NCBI GenBank assembly: GCA_041650895.1 | Contig: JBAZKF010000001.1 | Location: 145,685-209,684, forward strand | Length of the DNA stretch: 64,000 nucleotides | Source: Patescibacteria group bacterium | Lineage (GTDB): Bacteria; Patescibacteriota; Patescibacteriia; 2-01-FULL-39-33 | Reading direction: 5' to 3' | Shown: piece by piece, positions 8,621 to 18,201 of the stretch | Position numbering within the stretch: the stretch's first letter is position 1 | Layout: every line of letters starts with the position of its first letter | Translations under genes and position numbers: made by a program | The notes under the pieces: generated by a model | The model's input: the letters and a program-made list of their open reading frames with translations, nothing else | Told to the model about the DNA's origin: nothing | Databases searched by the model: none

Positions 8621-9440
8621 AAGTCAGATCCTTTAGTTGTGCAACTTTTTTAGCCACAAATTCCACGTATTGCGGAACATTCCTGGCTCCGCGGTGCGGC
8701 TCCGGAGACAGGAAGGGCGCATCGGTTTCAATCAAAATCCTATCAAGCGGCGTCTCCCGAACTATCTGTTGGAGTTCTTCGGATTTTTTCTTGAATGTTA
8801 TAATGCCGGTAAAACCCAAATATAAACCGAGTCGCAAAAATTGCTTGGCTTGTTCGGCATTACCGCCAAAGCAATGCACTACTCCTTTGACTTTCCTATC
8901 GGAGCCAATCTTGTCTTGTAAAATGCGCAAAATATCATCATAGGCATCAGTCGGGTTAGCAACAGAGCCTCGGCTGTGGATAACCAAGGGCAGATTAAGT
9001 TCTTCAGCCAAAGCGATAAAACCACGGAAGGCCTGCTCTTGTTTAATCTTCAATTGCGCGATCTCCGCAACAGAAAATTTACCGAAATAAAAATAATCCA
9101 ATCCGGTTTCGCCGACAGCCACGACTTTCTTGGATGATCGGGCTAACTGGCGGTATTTATTAGCATCAAAATCCTCTTGCGCGGTCTTAAAAGTCTGCGG
9201 TTTGCCTTCAATAATAATAGTTTCTTCCCCCGCTTCAATTAAATGAAGCGGGTGCAATCCGACTACGGCATAAACCCCGCGCGGAAATTTTTCCGCCAAA
9301 TTAATCGCCCGTTCGGAAGTGGAATATTGCGCGCCCACATTCAATAAGGCGTAATTAGACGATAAAAAATCAGCCGCCACTTTAGTGGCGTCATCTCTAA
9401 AGGAAATGAAGTTTAGATGGCAATGAGAGTCTACCAACAT
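8565..9440 (-). CDS. tatD: TatD-family metal-dependent hydrolase / DNase
   Basis: The N-terminus MLVDSHCHLNF is the TatD signature. Other motifs are GLHP, ETDAPFL and HCFGG. Confidence 0.85.
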   Translation of the reverse strand: MLVDSHCHLNFISFRDDATKVAADFLSSNYALLNVGAQYSTSERAINLAEKFPRGVYAVVGLHPLHLIEAGEETIIIEGKPQTFKTAQEDFDANKYRQLARSSKKVVAVGETGLDYFYFGKFSVAEIAQLKIKQEQAFRGFIALAEELNLPLVIHSRGSVANPTDAYDDILRILQDKIGSDRKVKGVVHCFGGNAEQAKQFLRLGLYLGFTGIITFKKKSEELQQIVRETPLDRILIETDAPFLSPEPHRGARNVPQYVEFVAKKVAQLKDLTYGEVAEATTKNAKELFGI

Positions 9441-9443
9441 ACA

Positions 9444-9968
9444 TTAAAATATTGACTGTATTCTATTAAACGCCTCGGGCAAAAGCTTAGTCAGCCAAGT
9501 GGCCGACAAAACCAGCCAATAAGCTATCTGGGAATTGCCCAAAAAATTCTTAACTAAAGAAATATCTGGAGCAATTTTGGCTAAAACGAATATTATAATG
9601 CCGGAAGTCAAAACACCTTCCACTAACCCCAATAGCGCGCCGCCCAGCCGATTCAAAGAACCCAAAAAAGGAATAATGGAAATCAACTTAAAGCCACGAT
9701 CAACCAGATAAAATAATAAAACCGTCAAACGGTTTACTGCAATAAAAACAAATAAGAAGGCAACGATTCTAGCGGCGATAGCATGGCCCATCAGCACCGG
9801 CGTCAGCCAATCGGCTACCGGCATAAAATAATGGCCGGCCACCCAAGTGCCAAAGATCATGCCGACCAAAGCGCCAATCGTGCGTATCAGTCCCATAACA
9901 AAGCCCCACATCACGAAAATTAAAACAATAATAATCAAAATGACGTCGACAAGCGTAAAAACCATCAT
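9444..9968 (-). CDS. cvpA: CvpA-family membrane protein (colicin V production protein-like)
   Basis: 174 aa with 4-5 TM helices. The N-terminus MMVFTLVDVILIIIVLIFVMWGFVMGLIR matches the CvpA pattern. Confidence 0.6.
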   Translation of the reverse strand: MMVFTLVDVILIIIVLIFVMWGFVMGLIRTIGALVGMIFGTWVAGHYFMPVADWLTPVLMGHAIAARIVAFLFVFIAVNRLTVLLFYLVDRGFKLISIIPFLGSLNRLGGALLGLVEGVLTSGIIIFVLAKIAPDISLVKNFLGNSQIAYWLVLSATWLTKLLPEAFNRIQSIF

Positions 9969-9993
9969 ATAGATAGCTTATGATTAATATTTA

Positions 9994-11490
9994 CTATATC
10001 CTGGGGAATAAGCCAGTGATCTTCTCTACTTTACTCTGGGGCTCCAAAAGACCCCAAACAGTCAAGGTTTTATAATCTTGGCCAAAAAAGCCTGCTTGAC
10101 CCAAGGCGGTCATAATCCTTTCTCCACTTTCCGGCATAATCGGCCAAAGCAAGACACCGACATGACGCAATAACTCCAGTAAGTTATAGATTACTTCTTC
10201 TAATCTTTTAACATCGGTCTTAGCCAGTTCCCAAGGCTTATTTTTTTCCACATAAGCGTCACCCAAAGCGACTAAGCCCTTAACCGCTTCAATGCCGTTA
10301 TCAGGCAGGAAATCACTCATAGCTTGATTATATTGCCCGATGAGCTTTTCAGTTTCCGCTTTCAATTCGTTATCGCGATTCGGCACTAAACCAGCAAAAT
10401 ATTTTTCGGCCATGGCCGTAACGCGGGAAGAAAAATTACCGATACCATTGGCCAAATCTGAATTATACTGAATAACAAACTTATCCGCCTTGATATCTCC
10501 GTCCTGTCCGAACGGAAATTGCGACAGCAACAAATACCTGATAGCGTCAACGCCAAATCCTTTAGCTAATTCTAAGGGGTCAATAATATTACCCAAAGAT
10601 TTGCCCATCTTATGCCCGTCAACCGTAAAGAAACCATGGGCAAAAATAGTCATGGGGGGTTGGATTTCCGCGGCCAATAGCATGGCCGGCCAAAAAATAC
10701 AATGAAACTTAATAATGTCCTTGCCGATAACGTGTACATCAGCCGGCCAAAACTTATCCAGCTTAGCTTCGTCGCCGGAACCATAACCCAAAGCATTAAT
10801 ATAATTACTTAGAGCATCGGCCCAAACATAAGTAACTTGTGTCGGATCCCAAGGCAAAGGTATGCCCCATTTGAGATTTTGACGAGAAATGGAAAAATCA
10901 GACAACTCCTGTTTGAATAAGCCCAGCACTTCTTTCTTTTTGCTGGCAGGCAGGATCCTAATTTTATCCGTATCAATTAATCGCTCTACTTCCGGCAAAT
11001 ACTTCTTCAAATTGAAAAAGTAATTCTTTTCTTCAATAAGCTCCGGCTTGGTTTGGTGCACCGGACATAAACCGCCGACCAAATCCTTTTCTGTCACAAA
11101 AGCCTCACAACCCTTACAATAATAACCCTCATACTTGCCCTCGTAAATCGCTTCGGCCTCTTTTAACCTTAACAGCAGTTTAGTGACGCCATCCTTGTGG
11201 CGGTCGGAAGTAGTGCGAATAAAATCATCATTAGAAATATTAAGCGCGTCCCAAGCGAATTGCCATTTAGCCGCCATAGCGTCGCAGAATTCCTGCGGCG
11301 ATGCATTAGCGGCCGCAGCCGAATCTGACATTTTCTGGCCATGCTCATCCACACCGGTTAGATAGTAAACTTCATCGCCGAGTAAACGATGATAACGTGC
11401 CAGAACATCAGCAGCGATTGTCGGATAAGCCGAGCCGATATGCGGTTCGGCGTTAGAATAATAAATTGGGGTGGTTATGTAAAACTTCAT
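9994..11490 (-). CDS. metG: Methionyl-tRNA synthetase
   Basis: Class I aaRS with a HIGH motif (PHIGSAY), a KMSKS motif (KMGKSLGN) and a zinc knuckle (CKGCEAFV...CPVH). The N-terminus MKFYITTPIYYSNAEPHIGS is typical of MetRS. Confidence 0.9.
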   Translation of the reverse strand: MKFYITTPIYYSNAEPHIGSAYPTIAADVLARYHRLLGDEVYYLTGVDEHGQKMSDSAAAANASPQEFCDAMAAKWQFAWDALNISNDDFIRTTSDRHKDGVTKLLLRLKEAEAIYEGKYEGYYCKGCEAFVTEKDLVGGLCPVHQTKPELIEEKNYFFNLKKYLPEVERLIDTDKIRILPASKKKEVLGLFKQELSDFSISRQNLKWGIPLPWDPTQVTYVWADALSNYINALGYGSGDEAKLDKFWPADVHVIGKDIIKFHCIFWPAMLLAAEIQPPMTIFAHGFFTVDGHKMGKSLGNIIDPLELAKGFGVDAIRYLLLSQFPFGQDGDIKADKFVIQYNSDLANGIGNFSSRVTAMAEKYFAGLVPNRDNELKAETEKLIGQYNQAMSDFLPDNGIEAVKGLVALGDAYVEKNKPWELAKTDVKRLEEVIYNLLELLRHVGVLLWPIMPESGERIMTALGQAGFFGQDYKTLTVWGLLEPQSKVEKITGLFPRI

Positions 11491-11554
11491 AAATTAATAT
11501 TTATTTCTTCCATTTTTATAATTCGTAGTTCGTAATTATTGATTCATAATTGGC

Positions 11555-12241
11555 CTACTTTCCTTCCACTACCACAACAAACTCGCCTTTGGTAGTATCG
11601 GACTTTAATTGATCTAAAATTTGCTTGATATTGCCGCGATAAACGGTTTCAAATTTCTTCGTCAGTTCGCGACCCACAACGATTCGCCTGCCATTATCCG
11701 CCCCGGGGGGCATCATCTCGTTTAACTTTTCCAAAGATTTGATAATCCGATGAGTAGATTCATAAAACACTGTCGTCTCTCCACTGTCAATTATTCTTTT
11801 CAGTATTGTCTCCTTGCCTTTCTTATGAGGCAAAAAGCCCAAGAACAGAAAACGATCGGTCGGCAAGCCGGAAATAGACAAAAGGGCGACAATAGCTGAC
11901 GGACCGGGAATAGGGATAATCTCGCACTGACTGCCAAATCTTTTGACTGCCGCTTCCACCAACAAATTGCCCGGATCGGAAATTCCCGGAGTCCCTGCGT
12001 CAGTAATAACCGCCATCTCCCCCGTCTCGGCCAGCTTATCCAACAAAAAATCCACCTTGCCGGCTGAGCTATGCTGGTGATAGGAAACTGTTTTGGTTTT
12101 GATATCGTAAGCCGCTAAAAGCTTGCTGGAAACACGCGTGTCTTCGCAAGCAATCAAAGGCACGGACTTGAGTACCTCCAAAGCCCGGAGAGTTATATCT
12201 TTTAAATTTCCCAGCGGCGTCGCGACAATATAGAGTTTCAT
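11555..12241 (-). CDS. rsmI: 16S rRNA (cytidine1402-2'-O)-methyltransferase RsmI
   Basis: MKLYIVATPLGNLKDITLRALEVLKSVPLIACEDTRVSSKLL is a classic RsmI (tetrapyrrole-methylase fold) N-terminus. Confidence 0.85.
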   Translation of the reverse strand: MKLYIVATPLGNLKDITLRALEVLKSVPLIACEDTRVSSKLLAAYDIKTKTVSYHQHSSAGKVDFLLDKLAETGEMAVITDAGTPGISDPGNLLVEAAVKRFGSQCEIIPIPGPSAIVALLSISGLPTDRFLFLGFLPHKKGKETILKRIIDSGETTVFYESTHRIIKSLEKLNEMMPPGADNGRRIVVGRELTKKFETVYRGNIKQILDQLKSDTTKGEFVVVVEGK

Positions 12242-12286
12242 AAAAAAACTATACCATTTTTAAGCAAAAAAAGCAACTTTAATTAT

Positions 12287-12320
12287 AAAACCCGCACGAC
12301 GATATGGCGTACGGGTTTTT
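12287..12320 (-). terminator. Rho-independent terminator downstream of the thioredoxin-like membrane protein gene
   Basis: AAAA-CCCGCACG-acgatatgg-CGTACGGG-TTTTT is an 8-bp stem with one mismatch. A-tract and T-tract flank it, so it can function on the minus strand. Confidence 0.5.
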
Positions 12321-12346
12321 AACTTTTCAATAACTGTAATACCTGT

Positions 12347-13270
12347 TTATTTGGTGGTTGCCGTAGTCTGGGTTGTGGCCGAACCGGAAGCCTTAGTCGC
12401 ATCCGCTTTCACCTCTGTACCGGTCGTCAGATCCTTATAATCTCCCATCAGATCTAAATTAGTGAAGATATAAGTACCGTCATCAGCGACAATTCCCACA
12501 TCCGCCCAAGCCTGAGTGAACACCAGGTACTCGCTGACTTCTCCGCTGATTAATATTGTCGGCGCTTTGGTTATCTTGTACTTCTCAACCAAATCTTTGC
12601 CGGCAGGCGAAGAAATATCTACAGTTTTAGCTCGGTTAGTCGGCACGCCTAAGTTTTCCAAAGCCGTTGCATGAGTCTTGACATCATAACAAGTCTTGCA
12701 AGATTCATCAGTCAAATAAGTAACCAATATTTCTCCTTTGAGTTTATTTAAAGCCAAGTCATAATACGGCGCTAAAATTTTGGTCAAGACAAATTGATTA
12801 TCAACAGTATTACCCAAAGTGCTGGTGAAAAAAGCAGCTAAATCAGGATTTTTGCTAAAATCTGTTTCTACTACGACAGTCGGGACTTTGGTTACTTGTA
12901 ACTTCTTAGCTAACGCCTTGCCTTTACTCCAGGGCCACCAACCATCAACCTTGAGGGTTTCCACATCGGTGATTTTGATGCTTCTGCTTTTTAAAGCGTC
13001 AATAAATAAGCTAGTATCCCAGCATTTATTACCACAATGCGTAGAAGTTAAAACAATCACTTTGGCTTCAGCAATAGGATTAGCCGGTTGGGAATCGTCT
13101 TTCTTTCCGTCCCACACGCCGGATAGCCACAAGACCAACACCAAAATAACAATAATGACTAAAGCAATGGCCAAACCGATTATCAAACCGCGCTTGAAAT
13201 TGCTTTGCCCTTCGCGTTTAGCGCAAACATTCTTGCACCAGTCAGAAATTTTAGAAATAATTTTCTTCAT
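12347..13270 (-). CDS. Membrane-anchored protein with two tandem thioredoxin-fold domains
   Basis: The start is probably MKKIISKISDW at 13270, which avoids overlap with the upstream gene. There is one TM helix. Two repeats follow. Each has a Cys motif (HCGNKCWD and CKTCYD) and a downstream cis-Pro loop (TKVPTVVV and TKAPTILI) typical of the thioredoxin fold. Confidence 0.5.
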   Translation of the reverse strand: MKKIISKISDWCKNVCAKREGQSNFKRGLIIGLAIALVIIVILVLVLWLSGVWDGKKDDSQPANPIAEAKVIVLTSTHCGNKCWDTSLFIDALKSRSIKITDVETLKVDGWWPWSKGKALAKKLQVTKVPTVVVETDFSKNPDLAAFFTSTLGNTVDNQFVLTKILAPYYDLALNKLKGEILVTYLTDESCKTCYDVKTHATALENLGVPTNRAKTVDISSPAGKDLVEKYKITKAPTILISGEVSEYLVFTQAWADVGIVADDGTYIFTNLDLMGDYKDLTTGTEVKADATKASGSATTQTTATTK

Positions 13271-13302
13271 ATTTTTTAACGATAAATATATAATCTGATT
13301 AA

Positions 13303-14454
13303 TTAACAGCAAAATAGCTCATCTGGTGTAGCACCTTCTGGGACTTCGCCGAAAGGATTGCCGTAGTGCTTTAAGTTTTTAAGCATTTTGGCATTAACCT
13401 CGCTAATCTTGCCTTCGGCGGTAAATTTCTCGCGATAAACTCTGGTAATATTCTGCCAATCAATCTTGGCCGGACAGTTGACTGTGCAATTCTGGCACAG
13501 AGTGCAAGTAGAATTAGTTTTATTGTTTGAGACCTTGGGCATGGTCAAAGTCAGATTCCAAGCCGGGCAAAGGTTATAACAAGCTCCACAATGGATACAG
13601 TATAACATACTTTCCAACTCGGTGCCAACTTTTTTATAGGATTGCCCTTCAATCAGAATTACCGCCAAATCCTGAGCTCCTTGCACACCGGTAATTAACT
13701 CGTTTTCAATATCGGCTGTTTGCGACGGTCCGCCAATAAACGACACGTAAGACGTCCAACTCTGACCGGTCCCCCAAACCGCAGCCGCCTTGGCAATTTT
13801 AATCGCGTCGTCATACGAGGCCACGACTTTTTCCACGTTAGCCACAGCAATATGCAGCTTGGGCAAACGAGTGATCAGAGAAATATTGCCTTCGTTCTCA
13901 AGTAGCATGATTTGCCCGTCGGCGGTAACGGCGTTAACGCCGGTCAACCCCACTTCGGCGGATAAGATCTTCTCCCTGATAACAGTTTTCAATTTATTCA
14001 CTAATTCTTTAGGGTTAGCCGGCAAATCAATCCCTTTCTGTTTGAATCTCGCAACGATTTCTTCCACCCGTAAATCAATAGCCGGCAAAACCGGATGATC
14101 GCTGTCACCGCCGATTTGCGAGACAATATAAGCACCCAAATCGGTCTCTGTCAATTTATCGCCCAGGATTTCTTTTAAACTTAATTTATCCAAAGTGTTG
14201 GACTTGCTTTTGACTGCCTGGCTTGAGCCGACTAACTCTTTAATTAATGCGGTAGCGGCAATATTGTCCTTGACCACATAAACCTTAGCGCCGGCTTGCT
14301 CTAATTTGTTCTTGGCCTTTTCTACTAATTCTGCCAGCCTGGCTGCTGCATTTTTTTTCAAATCAAAAATCTGATCGCGCAGCTTCTCCTGATCTTCACG
14401 GCTTAAGGCGGTATCTCGCTTGCTAAGATAATTGTAAACAAAATCGCGATTCAT
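13303..14454 (-). CDS. LUD-domain iron-sulfur protein (LutB/YkgF-like) with two 4Fe-4S ferredoxin motifs
   Basis: CIHCGACYNLCPA and CTLCQNCTVNCPA are CxxCxxCxxxCP motifs. The N-terminal region resembles the DUF162/LUD domain. Confidence 0.55.
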   Translation of the reverse strand: MNRDFVYNYLSKRDTALSREDQEKLRDQIFDLKKNAAARLAELVEKAKNKLEQAGAKVYVVKDNIAATALIKELVGSSQAVKSKSNTLDKLSLKEILGDKLTETDLGAYIVSQIGGDSDHPVLPAIDLRVEEIVARFKQKGIDLPANPKELVNKLKTVIREKILSAEVGLTGVNAVTADGQIMLLENEGNISLITRLPKLHIAVANVEKVVASYDDAIKIAKAAAVWGTGQSWTSYVSFIGGPSQTADIENELITGVQGAQDLAVILIEGQSYKKVGTELESMLYCIHCGACYNLCPAWNLTLTMPKVSNNKTNSTCTLCQNCTVNCPAKIDWQNITRVYREKFTAEGKISEVNAKMLKNLKHYGNPFGEVPEGATPDELFCC

Positions 14455-14456
14455 AA

Positions 14457-15209
14457 TTATATTTTTCCTAATAGCACTTCGGAAAACTCTACGACTTTAA
14501 TTTTATCGCCCACGCCATTGCGCAAATTATAGGTACACATAGGGCAAGGCGTAACTAAATATTCGGCAGCTGTGTCCACGGCTTGACTCACTCGCTCGGT
14601 TGCGATCTTTTCCGCCAATTCCTTATGATTGGATTGCACTCCCCCGCCCGCTCCGCAACAAAAAGCATGTTCGCGGTTCAGTACCATCTCTTGCAAATCA
14701 ACGCCCAGAAGTTTAAGCAATTCCCGCGGTTCCTCATAAATCCGGCCATGCCGCCCCAAATGGCAGGGATCATGGTAAGTGGCTTTGATTTTTGCTGCCG
14801 GCAAATTCAGTTTCCCACTTTTCAATTTCTTCAGTAGATAAGTAGTCATGTGCTCAACCTCAATATCCCACAAGTCTGACAGAATTTTAGGATATTCATG
14901 GCTGAATACGCGATAGCAAGCCGGACAGCCCGTAATGATTTTTGTAATATTATACTGCTTGAACAATTGCAGATTTTTCTCGGCTAAAGATTCGGCCTCG
15001 GCCTTAAAACCGGCATTAATGGCCGGCGAACCGCAGCAAACCTCCTTATCCGGCAGAACAATGGGATCCTCTCCGCACATTTCCAATAGTTTTTTGTAAT
15101 TATCAAAAATATCCTTAGCCACGTATTTGGTCAGGCAGCCGGGATAATATAAGGTATTGCCGGAAGATTTTAAGACTTTATCTAAAAAAGACATAATTTT
15201 AACTGGCAA
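14457..15209 (-). CDS. Cysteine-rich CCG-domain Fe-S oxidoreductase subunit (LutA/GlcF/HdrD-like)
   Basis: Two CCG-type motifs are present: VCCGSPA...CPACY and FCCGAGGG...CPMCTYN. The gene sits 3 nt downstream of the LutB-like gene. Confidence 0.6.
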   Translation of the reverse strand: MPVKIMSFLDKVLKSSGNTLYYPGCLTKYVAKDIFDNYKKLLEMCGEDPIVLPDKEVCCGSPAINAGFKAEAESLAEKNLQLFKQYNITKIITGCPACYRVFSHEYPKILSDLWDIEVEHMTTYLLKKLKSGKLNLPAAKIKATYHDPCHLGRHGRIYEEPRELLKLLGVDLQEMVLNREHAFCCGAGGGVQSNHKELAEKIATERVSQAVDTAAEYLVTPCPMCTYNLRNGVGDKIKVVEFSEVLLGKI

Positions 15210-15409
15210 TTATGTAAATATCTTATCAAAAATATGTTAATTTGGCAATTTGGCCCTGTAAATTATGAAGTTAAAACCATCCGGCTGGAATTAACAAATT
15301 ATCATCAAAATAAAAGCCGCGCGACAACATACGTCATCGCACGGAAAATTCAAGGGATTAAGGTTCAGGGATCCAGGGAGCCAAGGATCCAAGGTGTCAG
15401 ATTGTCTAC

Positions 15410-16099
15410 CTACCGGCAAGCAGGCTCGCGGACAACCGCAAAACACCAGTCGCTACTGAAGTTACCCCCGAGCTTATCCATATCCAAACAGCGCCCCAAA
15501 CCAATCATACGAAGACAAGCAAAACCACGGCCGAAGGTAAACTCCAAAATTGAGCCCAAAGCGGCAATGGGAAATAGCCGTTGGAGTCCGGGTTGAGCCG
15601 CGCCCAACGCCAGGAGTTCTTCAATCTGAACGAAACGATAACGATAACCCGCTCCCCGACGCAACAACAAATCATTAACTTCTTTCAATTTGTCGATAAC
15701 CTGTTCGCCATTGTCAAAATTCTGACCAAAACAAAGCAACTCAACTATAATTTTTCGTTTGCCTGGTAGTGATCCCTTAATAATGCGTAACTGCTTGATG
15801 TCCGAATCTTCCCTGTCATAATGGCCAGCATAAATCATCTGTTCAATATTCTGACTAAGATCCACAACCACCTCGTAGCTGTTGACTGTATAAAGCAATA
15901 TAGCTTGCTTTGCAACGGTCTTAGCGTCACACACTTTGGCCATAACCAATTCGGCGATTTGCCGTCGCAGGCCACTGTCCGTCTCAATGAGACGAATCGC
16001 CTCGTCATCACCACCCAAGGACAGAATTTCGTCCGTCAGAGACTTCCAAATTTGCCACATAGTACCCAAGGCGCCCAAAAACTCACTCTTCTTTTTCAT
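15410..16099 (-). CDS. Hypothetical soluble protein
   Basis: The ORF track gives 15410..16177. An internal start MKKKSEFLG at about 16099 has a good RBS (GGGAGAAAGACC ATG). It also lies the right distance downstream of the candidate promoter at 16178-16206. I recognise no domain. Confidence 0.45.
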   Translation of the reverse strand: MKKKSEFLGALGTMWQIWKSLTDEILSLGGDDEAIRLIETDSGLRRQIAELVMAKVCDAKTVAKQAILLYTVNSYEVVVDLSQNIEQMIYAGHYDREDSDIKQLRIIKGSLPGKRKIIVELLCFGQNFDNGEQVIDKLKEVNDLLLRRGAGYRYRFVQIEELLALGAAQPGLQRLFPIAALGSILEFTFGRGFACLRMIGLGRCLDMDKLGGNFSSDWCFAVVREPACR

Positions 16100-16177
16100 G
16101 GTCTTTCTCCCATGCTGCGGCTTACCTCCTACTAGAGAACTATTCTCCAGCCTAAGGCCTACCAATGTACTGCACAC

Positions 16178-16206
16178 ATTATCTCACAATATTAATATTT
16201 TGTCAA
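16178..16206 (-). promoter_or_regulatory. Sigma70-like promoter on the minus strand (TTGACA-17-GATAAT). It is copy B of the duplicated promoter module.
   Basis: The reverse complement of 16178-16218 reads GTGGATAAATATCTTGACA-aaatattaatattgtga-GATAAT. It is about 36/42 identical to the module at 2314-2355. Confidence 0.45.
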
Positions 16207-16256
16207 GATATTTATCCACTTCACTGAGCAAATAATATTTTTATCTAATTTTGAAC

Positions 16257-16293
16257 AAAAAAATACGTTAAATCTGGAGTTTGACGTATTTTT
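16257..16293 (-). terminator. Rho-independent (bidirectional-type) terminator downstream of the thioredoxin-CcdA gene
   Basis: AAAAATACGT-taaatctggagtttg-ACGTATTTTT is a perfect 10-bp stem. An A-tract precedes it and a T-tract follows. Confidence 0.5.
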
Positions 16294-16331
16294 AACTGAC
16301 AGCGATAAAAATATAAAAACAACAACTAAAT

Positions 16332-17402
16332 TTAAAACAAAAAGATCAAACTCAGGCCCAATGCCACCAACACTAATCCCATAATGAGCCGTAGCCACTT
16401 GCGTTTAGACGTACGCCAGGATTCCAGCTGTTGGGGCGATACGCCCTTATAAACAATCGCCAGAATAATAAACAAGGGCGCCACAAAAACAACGTTATAA
16501 AACAGCAAATAAACCACCCCGCTCCAATAAGTGGTTTCTTGCGCCAGTAGCGCCAGAATGGCCAAGTAGAATCCGCCAGTGCAAGGCAACTCAAACAGGG
16601 CGACCAAAAATCCTAAAACAATTGCCGCCGGCAAGGAAGCGTGTTTGATATATTTTTCTAATAATGACCTCTTGCCTTCGGGAATAGCCAGAGTGATCCC
16701 CTGGCCGTACCAAAAAAAATCTTTGATATTAATAAGTCCGGCAATAATCGCCAGCCCCGCCGCCAGCCACAAAACATATTTACTAATAACGCTAAGCCAC
16801 TGAAGGGCTGCCAAAAGACCCAGCCCCGCCGCCAAATAAACGACATAAACAGTAATAACATAAGTAATACCGACCTTAAGCATCCGCTTCTTGGCGCCAA
16901 TGGCCAGAAGTGACAGCATCAAAAAGATCATAACCGAAAAGGCGCAGGGATTAATAGAATCAGCCAAGGCCGCCACAGTTACCGCCCAGACAGTCAGCTT
17001 GTGCGGACTATTGGTTGATACGGCAACGGTTTTAGACGAATCATCGCCAATCAAACCCAATTTAACTTTAAAAAAATCAATGATCGGCTGATCCCCGGAC
17101 AAGCACTGGCCCTCAAAATGCAAATAAGGCACGCCGATATCTTCGGGCGGCACGCTCTTTGCCACGCACAAATCATAAAACTCCTTGGCATTTTTGGGAT
17201 TTTGCGATACTTCCTTCTCTATGATGTTGTATTTTTTTAATATATCATATTGATCAAAAAACTCGTGGACCTTAAGGCAATGCGGGCAAGTGGCTGAATA
17301 ATAATAAATATTCTGATCATCACCGACCGGCGAATATTGAGCCAGCGTCAAGGCCGGCCAAAACATTGACAGCAAAACAATCAGATATATGATTTTTTTC
17401 AT
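16332..17402 (-). CDS. Fusion of a thioredoxin-like domain and a CcdA/DsbD-type disulfide-reductant transporter (cytochrome c biogenesis CcdA family)
   Basis: Signal peptide MKKIIYLIVLLSMFWPALTLA. A thioredoxin-fold CxxC is present (SATCPHCLKV). The following polytopic domain has the CcdA/DsbD conserved cysteines (INPCAF... and ELPCTGG). The start at 17402 avoids overlap with the ZIP gene. Confidence 0.65.
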   Translation of the reverse strand: MKKIIYLIVLLSMFWPALTLAQYSPVGDDQNIYYYSATCPHCLKVHEFFDQYDILKKYNIIEKEVSQNPKNAKEFYDLCVAKSVPPEDIGVPYLHFEGQCLSGDQPIIDFFKVKLGLIGDDSSKTVAVSTNSPHKLTVWAVTVAALADSINPCAFSVMIFLMLSLLAIGAKKRMLKVGITYVITVYVVYLAAGLGLLAALQWLSVISKYVLWLAAGLAIIAGLINIKDFFWYGQGITLAIPEGKRSLLEKYIKHASLPAAIVLGFLVALFELPCTGGFYLAILALLAQETTYWSGVVYLLFYNVVFVAPLFIILAIVYKGVSPQQLESWRTSKRKWLRLIMGLVLVALGLSLIFLF

Positions 17403-17433
17403 AGTTTTGTTTGGTGGTATTAGGGGAAAAAGG

Positions 17434-18183
17434 TTACTCAAACAGCACTTTCATAAAGTACATAAAAATCAAAGCCAGGATGAATAGAACATAAGATAGG
17501 ACGGCGCGGGTCAGATTTTTATCCTTATGCAATTCGGGAATCAAATCCGAGGAAGCGATATAAATAAAACCACCGGCAGCAAAAGGCAAAAGCAAGGCGG
17601 AAATCAATTCGCTTTGCCGGTAAAACATCCAGCCCAATAATATGCCGATAAAAGCCATGCAGGCGGAAAGTAGATTATAGAATAAAGCGCGTTTTTTGGT
17701 GAATCCGGAATACAACAGAACGGCAAAATCACCCAGCTCTTGAGGAATCTCATGAAGGATGATTGACAGGGTTACAGGTATGCCCAGAGCCGGACCGCCC
17801 AAAAAAGAAGCGAATATCACCATACCGTCAATCATGTTATGGAAACCGTCACCGATAAGATTGAGCCAACCCAAATGGCTGTGTGTTTCGCATTCTTCAT
17901 TATGGCAATGATGCCAACGCAGAAATCTTTCCAAAACGAAAAAAAGCGAAAAGCCGACTAGGACGGCAATAAAAACATCTAACGAAGGGATAGTTTCCAA
18001 AACTTCAGGCAACAGATGGAAAAAGGCGGCGCCGATCATTGATCCGGCCGCGAAAGATACAAAATAAATCAAAATCTTGTTCAACCGCTTTTCATTAAGA
18101 AACAGACTGAGCGCGCCGGAAAATGACAATAAACTGACAACGGCTACTGCCAAGATTGACCATAAAAGATTTGATACAACCAT
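17434..18183 (-). CDS. ZIP-family divalent metal transporter (ZupT-like)
   Basis: 8 TM helices. His-rich loop HHCHNEECETHSH. ZIP signature HEIPQELGDFAVLL. Confidence 0.8.
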   Translation of the reverse strand: MVVSNLLWSILAVAVVSLLSFSGALSLFLNEKRLNKILIYFVSFAAGSMIGAAFFHLLPEVLETIPSLDVFIAVLVGFSLFFVLERFLRWHHCHNEECETHSHLGWLNLIGDGFHNMIDGMVIFASFLGGPALGIPVTLSIILHEIPQELGDFAVLLYSGFTKKRALFYNLLSACMAFIGILLGWMFYRQSELISALLLPFAAGGFIYIASSDLIPELHKDKNLTRAVLSYVLFILALIFMYFMKVLFE

Positions 18184-18201
18184 AAGGATAAAATGATAAT
18201 G

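Noticed and set aside
12819-14098. Plus-strand ORFs 12819..13298, 13720..13905 and 13790..14098
   Set aside because: They are antisense to well-supported minus-strand genes (the thioredoxin-like and LutB-like genes) and are low-complexity translations.
15330-15410. Calling the GGATCC-palindrome region an SRP (4.5S) RNA gene
   Set aside because: Only an 8-nt match (AGCCAAGG) to the conserved domain IV core is visible, and I could not reconstruct the GNRA tetraloop helix or the terminal helix by eye. It is kept only as a low-confidence candidate in findings and not as an annotated ncRNA.
15234-15596. Plus-strand 120-aa ORF in the LutA/hypothetical spacer
   Set aside because: The translation is repetitive and Arg/Gln/Lys-rich, with no start context. 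It overlaps a GC-rich, probably structured, region and the 3' end of the minus-strand gene. It is probably non-coding.
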